From positions 1 through 28,442 of the forward strand of contig NW_021833566.1 of the NCBI RefSeq assembly GCF_006345805.1: DNA of 28,442 nucleotides, written 5' to 3'. Below the pieces are notes generated by a model. The model saw only the letters and a program-made list of their open reading frames with translations. It was not told where the DNA came from and searched no databases. The first letter of the stretch is position 1. Every line of letters begins with the position of its first letter. A program made the translations under genes and the position numbers. Shown here piece after piece: positions 20,161 to 28,442 of this stretch. The stretch comes from Octopus sinensis (taxonomy: Eukaryota).

Positions 20161-20507
20161 CAGCTCGAACCACTCGCTTACAGGATATAAATTCAGAGAA
20201 CCTCATGACATTTACTATAACTAGTCTGATCCACAGTGATTGGCAATTAGTATTCTACTAATCATTACATTTATTACAGCCGTGGGGCATTAATACAACG
20301 TTACGGTGATTAATGTTATGATCATTATTACGATTATTGTGGCTATAAATATCCGTACAGTGAGTATTATTGTCGTTAATAGTGTTCCAGTTAGTATTAA
20401 TGTTATTAATAGTAGCAGAGTTGTTGTAATTAATTTGGTTTCTAATTAAATTAAGTCATTACCATAAACGCACCAAGTATGTTCCAGCTATAATGACTTT
20501 CTGTATA

Positions 20508-20720
20508 GGTTTCCGATTTTGACACGAGGCCATCAAGTTCGGGGAAAGGCGTAAGTCGATTACATCGACCCCAGTACCTGACTGGTACTTATTTTATTAA
20601 CCCGGAAACGATTAAAGGCAAAACCGACTTCGGCAGTATTTGAACTCAGGATGTAAAGACAGACAAAATGTCGCATTTTTGTCCGCGGCGTGCAAATGAT
20701 TCTGCCAGCTCGGTGCCTTA
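20508..20720 (-). mobile_element. SINE family A
   Basis: GTCGATTACATCGACCCCAG..ACTGGTACTTATTT..TTTGAACTCAG..GATTCTGCCAGCTCG on the plus strand. Confidence 0.9.
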
Positions 20721-20984
20721 ATGTCTTTCAGTATTGAAATATATGACCCCCAATCCACCCGATTTCTTCCTTTTCCCGAATTATGCGAATATATTACAAT
20801 TACACCATTTTCTATACAAAAGCATTTGGGTACTTCCGGTTCACAGAGATATCGAGTGAAAGCCTCCAAAAGTCTCCCCACTCACCAAGAACATGATTAA
20901 CTTCCGTTAGGACTATAACAACTGCTTAATTTATACACTTCCTTCAAAATTCCACTAAGTTTTGAATATTTATAATAATTTAAG

Positions 20985-21225
20985 ACTGCGTGTCGGCTTG
21001 TACCATCACGACCGCAAGATGGTGGTTTCGACTTCCAGACCGGGCGGAGCAGTGTATTCTTGAGTAAAACACTTCATCTCACATTGCCCCAGTCCACTCA
21101 GCTGTAAACGAGTGACCCTGTGATGGACTGGCGTCCTGTTCAGGAAGGACGTTGTGACCTCAGTCACTTATACGCCACGGAAATTAATAACAAGTCTTAC
21201 GAGTCATAAGACTCGGGAGGACGCT
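20985..21225 (+). mobile_element. Old tRNA-derived SINE (family C-type head; CORE/V-like body)
   Basis: B-box-like GGTTTCGACTTCC-AGACCGGGCG, then TTCTTGAGTAAAACACTT..CAGTCCACTCAGCTGTAAA..CCCTGTGATGGACTGGCGTCCTGTTCAGG, resembling conserved SINE central domains. Confidence 0.65.
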
Positions 21226-22061
21226 AACTATAAGCATTTAGAGTCAGACTCTTTCACTCGCTCTCCCTCTCTCTTTCTCTCTCTCTCTCACTCACTCGCT
21301 CTCCCTCTCTCTCACTCACTCGCTCGCTCTCCCTCTCTCTCTTTCACTCGCTCGCCCCCTCCCTCTTTCACTCGTTCACCCCCCCCCCTATCTCTCTCTA
21401 AAGAAATATTCTCGATATAAATTCAAACTTACTCCAAGGTTAGTATCTGTTATCTCCTTAATTTGCCTATCATTCCCCCTTTTTTCTATCTCGCAAAGCA
21501 TACAAATATCCTTTAACAACACATATCATCATTGTTTTACTTCTGTTATTTACAAGTGTATTTCGTTGCTGTAATGGCGTCTTTTCCAGCAAACAGACGA
21601 CAGTGCATTGTCTGTTTTCAATTGTAAAGAAAGCAGACGACATCATTTCTGCTGTTCAGTGTTAAAATCCCATAAGCTTACTTTTCTACCATATAACAAA
21701 TCCCTACTTTTGAGTGAAGGAATATGTGTGTGCATGTTTTTGTTTTTGTTTGTTGTGTGTGTATGTGTGTGAGAGAGAGAGAGAGAGTGAGAGAGCGACC
21801 ATACTTGACTTTTCAAGTTTATGCTATGAAGCATTTGACGTATTCTTTTCTATTTCATTTTATTTCCATGTCAAAGACCTGTGAGTCTTGGAAGGCGTTT
21901 ATAGCATTCTGCCTTAAGTTTAGAATTTAATTTCCTTGAATAAAACAAATATATTTTTGGATATATTCATGTTTTGAAATCAGCAACTTGAGTTTAAGTT
22001 AATGCCCCAACAAAGCAACGGTTAAGACGGTCTAACGTCTATAAATATTGCTATGTGTGCA

Positions 22062-22097
22062 TCTGTAATATAAAAGGCAGGATGTGTGTGTGTGTGT

Positions 22098-22129
<32 letters not shown>

Positions 22130-22517
22130 AATGTAATGTATGCACGACCACAAATTAGCACGCATGTCGCTCCAATTTTAAGAGAACACTCGTCATGACC
22201 CTAGCTGTATTTTCGTCAACTTATTTTCCCCAGAGGCACCGGCGAATAGCAGTAAAAATAATTTTTCAGCCAAATCTTTTAACAATTTTCAAGTCGGAGA
22301 AATCACCATTGTTTACAAACAGGAGTTAAGACCCCTTCTAGCGACGAGTAAGTTTTTGTTAAGACGTTTGTTGTTGTTTTTTTCCATTGAGGAAAAAAGT
22401 GTTTTGTGGATATACGGGCACTACACGCACGCACACACACACACACACACACACGAACATGTATGCGTACAAAAATTATGTGTACGTACGTACGTGTGTG
22501 TGTGTGTGTGTGTTGCC

Positions 22518-22552
<35 letters not shown>

Positions 22553-23308
22553 TATATATATAAAGGCTTAGTTGTGATCTGAACATTTTCCGTTTCTGAC
22601 ACAGAGAATCGGGAGCCCTTTTAGGCATTCTATTTTCCTTGTTGGAAGGGTTCCCAACCCATGAGCAAAGGGGGGTTAGATGATGGGGGTGTTTTCAAAG
22701 GGCTGGCATGTGCAACCTGATCACCTCTGCCGATCAAACTCTCAATCCATGCGCTCCCGTCGCGACACTGATTCTGCAGAACTGGTTTGGGTGTGAAAAC
22801 CAACTTTAAATATAAATATAGGTGTTTTTGAATCAGCAATATTGTGTTCATTTAAGTCCTATTTGGGATGAAAAAACAATAAACTGATTCCTTATGGGTT
22901 TTTCATTTAATCAGGATTTTAAAAATCGATAAACCGATTCCTTATAGGATTTCCCAATGAAATTTGCTACACCCCATTTTCAACCATAACTTTTACCAAT
23001 TTTGATGTATTTTGTTCAAACTTGATACCAGCATTACTTAGGACTCATGAGATCTTTGAATGCTTTAAGTTCTTCAAAAACGAAAAATAAAAAAAAACAA
23101 TCAATGAATGGAAAAAATCGATAAACCGATTCGTTATGGGATTAACCAATCAAGTTGTCAGCAACTCATTTTCAACCACAAGTTTACCAATTTCAACAGA
23201 TTTCGCACAAATTTGACGTCGATGTTACTTAGTTTGGTTTGAAATAAAGAACTTGATTAGCTTAATAATCCTAACTTAATCCCGAGCAAAGCCGGGCTAT
23301 ACTGCTAG
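22062..23308 (+). mobile_element. Non-autonomous Helitron (possibly composite)
   Basis: 5' A|TCTGTAATATAAAAGG; 3' hairpin CCCGAGC-AAA-GCCGGG (23281-23296), an 8-nt spacer, then CTAG|T. Inserted between A and T with no TSD. Confidence 0.7.
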
Positions 23309-23784
23309 TACATCTATATTTATATGGGTATGTTTGTGGGTACGTGTGTGTACTTATATTTCTATAATATGAATGGGAATAGATACTTCGTAAAATATGA
23401 CGGAAATCGAGCCCAATGGAGAAGAAAGTAATTCAATTACAAAACAGTTATGTAAGAATATAATTTGAAAAAAGCTATACGCGTTAAAAAAATATGACGC
23501 TAGCTATATCTATCAATCCGTCTACTTCTTGTGTGTGTGTGTGTGTGTGTGTGTGTATTTTTATATGTGAGTAGAATTTAAGTTATATATGTTTGTCGTA
23601 TATTTCAACTGCTAAAAGATATACACTGCAGCTACCGTGGAGAAAAATCTCTCTTATGGTAAAAGAGTGTGAAACACCCAGTTCGTTCAGTGTCACCATC
23701 TGTCAGGAATCTCAGACATCGATGCTTCGAATTTTTTACCCTTGTCAATGAAATGTACCTAAGAGAGGAAACTCTGAACGAGTT

Positions 23785-23828
<44 letters not shown>

Positions 23829-24959
23829 ATTATATATATATATATACACACACACATGCATATATGCTGTTAGGAAATTATAAAAAACGATAAAAAACGT
23901 TTTATCGTATAATATTAACAGGTAAACAGACGGTTTTGCATGCTGCGCTGTAAGGTCAAGATGAAGTCCATTGTCAAAATGGTGGAAATTAGGTGTTAAT
24001 AGCCAAACTGTGAAACTCTAACAAATTGGCTAGACCTTAGCAAATCTTTATAAGCAGAGATAAGTGTACACCTAGTTTTTTGTGACAGTTAAAGTGTTTT
24101 CTGTGAGACAAAGTTGTTCAGTTGGATTCAGGAAGCTATGATCGCCTGCTTAGTTTATGGACTTTGTGCTTTGTGTTAGGTATTTATGGATTTATTTTAT
24201 ATTCCAGGAATTCGCCAGAACTTTTGCTTGTCTTAAAATAATTTCCGTATCACATCTGGGTGAGTACAAAAATCTTTTAAGTTATGTTATTGTAATATTT
24301 TTATGAATTTTGAACCCTGCATCTGTGGCAGGTTGTGAAATAACTTTGCTATCTATTTTCTGTTAAGATAAATGTTGAAAAATTTATATAAATAGCTAGA
24401 AGGTGTATGAATTTAATTTTTCATGTCGCCAATTTTTTGTATTAGACAACTAAACTGTAAATGTTGTCTAATGGTTACTCATCATGCATCTATGAAGCAG
24501 TTTTGTGTGAATTTAAAGCAAACTTGATTTTTTTGTTTGACTATTAATTTTTTTTACTATAATTATTGATATTGTCTGGCAGCCATTTTGCGTCCTGAAC
24601 TTTTAGTTTAAATGGTTACTTTGACATTAGATCTCTTTATGTTTAGTTCCAAGGTTCCGAAACCAAATTTGTGAAGCCGGTTTCTGAGTCCAAATTTCTA
24701 AACTCTATATATTTTACTATTGAAAATATTTTCACTGCACGTCTAGTGTAGCATTAATTTATTTTGTGCGTATCTATTTGTTTTGTATGTAGGTTGTTTG
24801 TGTATGCTGACGCGTAATTGTTAATAATATCTAAAAAAAAAAAGACACTTCATGGTGTGTTATTGTTTTGGATTCACCCCATCATTGCTGGTTGTGTAAA
24901 TTCAGATTATGGCCACTAGGTCGTAACAATATATATATACACACATACACACATATGTA

Positions 24960-25319
24960 TGTATTTCTGAGCGTCTATGTTTGCCCCCCCCCCTCCCGTC
25001 ACCGCTTGACAACTGGCTTTGGTGTGTTTGTGCCTCGTAACTTAGAGCTTCGGCAAAAGAGACTGATAGAATAAGTACCAGGTTTAAAAGACATCAGTGC
25101 CTCACCGCGGCCGCAGTCTAATGACAGATAAGTAAAGAATATATATATATATATATATATTCTCTTTTATTTGTTTCAGTCATTTGACTGCGGTCATGCT
25201 GGAGTACCACCTTTAGTCGAACAAAACAACCCCAGAACTTTGTAAGCCGGTCGGTCTCTTTTGCCGAACCGATGAATAAGTTCTGGGGTTGATTTGTTCG
25301 AGTAAAGGCGGTGCTCCAG
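24960..25319. mobile_element. Three SINE family B 3' fragments in alternating orientation (+ 24960-25140, - 25161-25272, + 25274-25319)
   Basis: Match the family B 3' half (CTTGACAAC..CGGCAAAAGAGAC.GATAGAATAAGTAC..GCCGCAGTC). Confidence 0.85.
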
Positions 25320-25346
25320 AAAGAATGAAACCAAAGTCGACCTCGG

Positions 25347-25580
25347 ACAGTGTGACAAGGCTGGCCCTTTGAAATTCAGGTACAACAGAAACAGGAGGAA
25401 AGAGTGAGAGAAAGCTGTGAAAGAGTATAGCAGGGTTTGCCACCCACCCCCTGCCGGAGCATCGTGGAGATTTAGTTGTTTTCGTTCAATAAACACTCAC
25501 AGCGCCCGGTCTCGGAATCGGAACCGCGATCCTATGACCGCAAGTCCGCAACCCTAACCACTGGGCCATTGCGCTTCCAC
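25347..25580 (-). mobile_element. tRNA-derived SINE family C
   Basis: Minus-strand head GTGGAAGCGCAATGGCCCAGTGGTTAGG (A-box TGGCCCAGTGG) and GGTTCCGATTCC (B-box), followed by GAGACCGGGCG and a non-tRNA body. Confidence 0.75.
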
Positions 25581-25829
25581 GAGATATGTGTTTATATATA
25601 AACTCGCGTGTTTATATATATATATATATATATAATATATATATATAATATATATATATAACATTCATTGTTCATAACAAACAAGAAAAAGATATACACT
25701 TCACATACTTAACTTGCTGAAGATGTTCCCCGTTCAAATGTCATGCCAGTTCGATCTCTGAGACGGCACAACATGTCTGACGGAGTGATCTGGTCATGAA
25801 ATTTGATCGAGATGCAAACAGTTACACCA

Positions 25830-25837
25830 TATATACA

Positions 25838-25882
<45 letters not shown>

Positions 25883-26035
25883 TATATACAAAGATATAAA
25901 CATAGATATAGGTATGTATGTGTGTGTGTATAGCTACATATATATATATATATACACGTATGTATGTGTGTGTGTATAGCTACATATATATATATATATA
26001 CACTATGTATGTGTGTGTGTATATATATATGTATA

Positions 26036-26066
<31 letters not shown>

Positions 26067-26150
26067 TTATATATATATAGAGATAGATATATAAACATGT
26101 ATATGTGTTTATATATATATATATATATATATATGAGTGTGCGTGTGTCT
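25830..26150. repeat. Compound (TA)n/(TG)n microsatellites with a duplicated ~46-bp unit containing TAGCTA
   Basis: Direct reading. Confidence 0.9.
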
Positions 26151-27342
26151 GTGTTATTGTTCATGTTGCCGATATTCCCTTTTAAAGAGGAAATCAAAAT
26201 TCATTAATTTCCATCATTCCATTAAAGATGAAGGGGAAAAAATAACTACGAAAATGTAAATTGATTTTAAATGTTTCATCATCACCATCATCATCATCAT
26301 CATTATTATTCTAATTTTTATTATTATTATTATCATTATCATTATTATTATTAATTCATGTAATGTGGTATGTTTAGTGTGTGGTTTGCTAGTTTTTCCT
26401 ATTAGAATGTGTGTGAGTGTGTGTGTGTGTGTGTGTGCGTGTGTGTGTGTTTGTATGTTTTCCCGTATCTTTTCTTGTGTACGTATGTTTGCGCATGTGT
26501 ACCTTCGTCTGTGTGCGCGTGCGTGGCTTTGCTTTTATTTTCAATTTGTAACACTTCCGGCAATTTGCAAGAATTCTTTCTTTGACAACAAAACAGAATC
26601 GTGACAACTTCCAACTGCATGTATCGTTGTTGTTGCTGTTGTTGTTTTAACTATAATTGTTGTGGGTTAAATATCATTCTTATCGTTGTTTTAAACATTA
26701 TTATTGCTGTTGCGTTTTAAACATTATCTTCCCAATTTTTACATCAAAGTTTTTACGTCGCCATATGTATTTCCAAAGATGAATACAGTCGATGTACGTT
26801 ACGTAATCCCGTAATTTATCAAGGTCGCTAGTCTCATTGAAATCGTAGCTGATTCCGGGAGATGGTCGATAAAATAAAGTAACAGCTAAATATTAGAAGC
26901 TCAGTTTGATATCCCTATGAAGTAGTGGTTCCGAACGTGGGAACCAACGCCACCTGGTGAACGTCGTGAGCGCACAAGCAAAAAGCAAATATCAAGGGAG
27001 CGCTATAGGCAGTGGCGTATGAAGGTGTCGGCACGCTGGGCAGTTGACTGGAACCCTTGTATGTCTAGGGGCCCGTTTCTGATCTATGTATACTGTAGCT
27101 TGTTGTAAATAAATAACTCCTATAAGGCCCTGTGCAATGATTTTCCTAGGACCCCTCATGGGTCTGGGACCTAGTTCTGATCTATGTGTAATTCCTATAG
27201 GGACCAGTGCAAAATTCCAACTATATGTTAACGGATCAAAAAAATGCAAGCCATGCGTAGCTGAAAGAACTCAGATCCTTTTCAGATCTAAGAATTCTAA
27301 CACACTGCTCAATTCTAAATCCGAAATTTTCAGCGGTGTGTA

Positions 27343-27470
27343 GGCGCAGGTGTGGCTATGTGGTAACAAGCTTGCTTTCCAGCCACAGGGTTCCGGATTC
27401 TGTCTACCTGCGTGGCACCTTGGGTAAGTGTATTCTACTGTAGCCTCGACCCGACCAAAGCCTGGTGAGT

Positions 27471-27510
<40 letters not shown>

Positions 27511-27710
27511 ATGTGTGTGTTTGCGTTTGTGTTTGCCCCCGTCACCGCTTGATGTGTTTGCGTCCCCGTAACTTAGCGGTATATCAAAAGAAACTGATGG
27601 AATAAGTACTAGGCTTTAAAAAGTAAGTTCTGTGGTCGAGTTTTTCGATTAGAAAACCCTCAAGGCGGTGCTCCAGCATGGCCGTAGTCAAATGACTGAT
27701 ACAAGTAAAG
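27343..27710 (+). mobile_element. SINE family B (diverged, with internal deletions)
   Basis: GGCGCAGGTGTGGCTATGTGGTAA head through GACTGATACAAGTAAAG. Confidence 0.9.
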
Positions 27711-27724
27711 TACAAAGCACACAC

Positions 27725-27766
<42 letters not shown>

Positions 27767-27835
27767 CATACATAAGATCAACCACAATTTCCCATGTTTC
27801 TTAAATTAATCGGTAGGACGCCGAATACACACATA

Positions 27836-27885
<50 letters not shown>

Positions 27886-27894
27886 GAAACTTAC

Positions 27895-28039
27895 AATAAA
27901 CCTCAGAAATAATGACATCCCGAATTACAGAAGCCCCAAGCTTAGAACACTTTGGATAATTGCAGAATGGAGAAAAGAAAACCAGAAAAGGCTCCAACCA
28001 TTGGTAGCGCGCTAGTTTCTTAACGTCCGTTTCCGCCAT
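27895..28039 (-). other. Possible exon of an unidentified gene (MAETDVKKLARYQWLEPF...)
   Basis: Unique sequence, strong start context CAAGATGGCG, and an open frame to a GTAAGT donor at 27894. No recognisable homology. Confidence 0.2.
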
Positions 28040-28314
28040 CTTGATACAGTTCTTTCTACTATTTTATATTTAAATGTTTCGTTCGATCAGCTTCAGCAAA
28101 AAAAATACTTACCGTGCATTGAGCAGCCAATAAAGATCGTATTGGTATTCATGATGGTGTTTTGACAGAATAAGTGATGAATATCGTCACGAATTATCGC
28201 AGCAATGTTTTCTTTTCTTTTCTTTTTTTCTTTTTTTCATTTAAGAAGATTAAATTGATCGTTGCAGAGGATTAAAAAAACAGAAGAAGCCATTCAAATA
28301 TACATTGCAAGATT

Positions 28315-28317
28315 TTA

Positions 28318-28358
<41 letters not shown>

Positions 28359-28442
28359 ATGTGTGTATATGTATATGTGTGTATATGTATATGTGTGTAT
28401 ATGTATATGTGTGTATATGTATATGTGTGTATATGTATATAT
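28315..28442. repeat. (TA)n and 14-bp tandem repeat TGTGTATATGTATA
   Basis: Direct reading. Confidence 0.95.

Noticed and set aside
25500-25580. tRNA gene (also the other SINE heads)
   Set aside because: A/B boxes are present but there is no complete cloverleaf, and the sequence continues into SINE bodies.

Overview
Eukaryotic, AT-rich, repeat-saturated DNA that is intergenic or intronic. The SINE families and dense compound microsatellites look like a coleoid cephalopod, probably Octopus; this is recognition from memory and needs a database check. I found no intact protein-coding gene. Almost all ORFs in the track are microsatellite translations or antisense shadows of decayed retroelements. 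The window contains about 25 copies or fragments of at least three tRNA-derived SINE families. It also holds decayed non-LTR retrotransposon pieces identified by hand translation: two Penelope-like elements (one RT; one RT end + GIY-YIG + hammerhead), three R4/Dong-type 3' ends associated with (TAA)n, two Tx1/L1-type 3' ends and two RTE fragments. A non-autonomous Helitron with canonical ends and a ~20-bp minisatellite are also present. The most interesting observations are: (1) a SINE subfamily found repeatedly at one fixed site (GGTATTTC) inside its own family's head, with a triple 15-bp target-site duplication at 11218-11623 and a 3' tail resembling the local Tx1 LINE tail, suggesting a site-specific SINE/Tx1 partnership; (2) an apparently intact type I hammerhead ribozyme at 18321-18415 (-) with an adjacent competing hairpin, plus several degenerate ones; (3) short unique islands rich in homeodomain-type sites, and two weak exon candidates.
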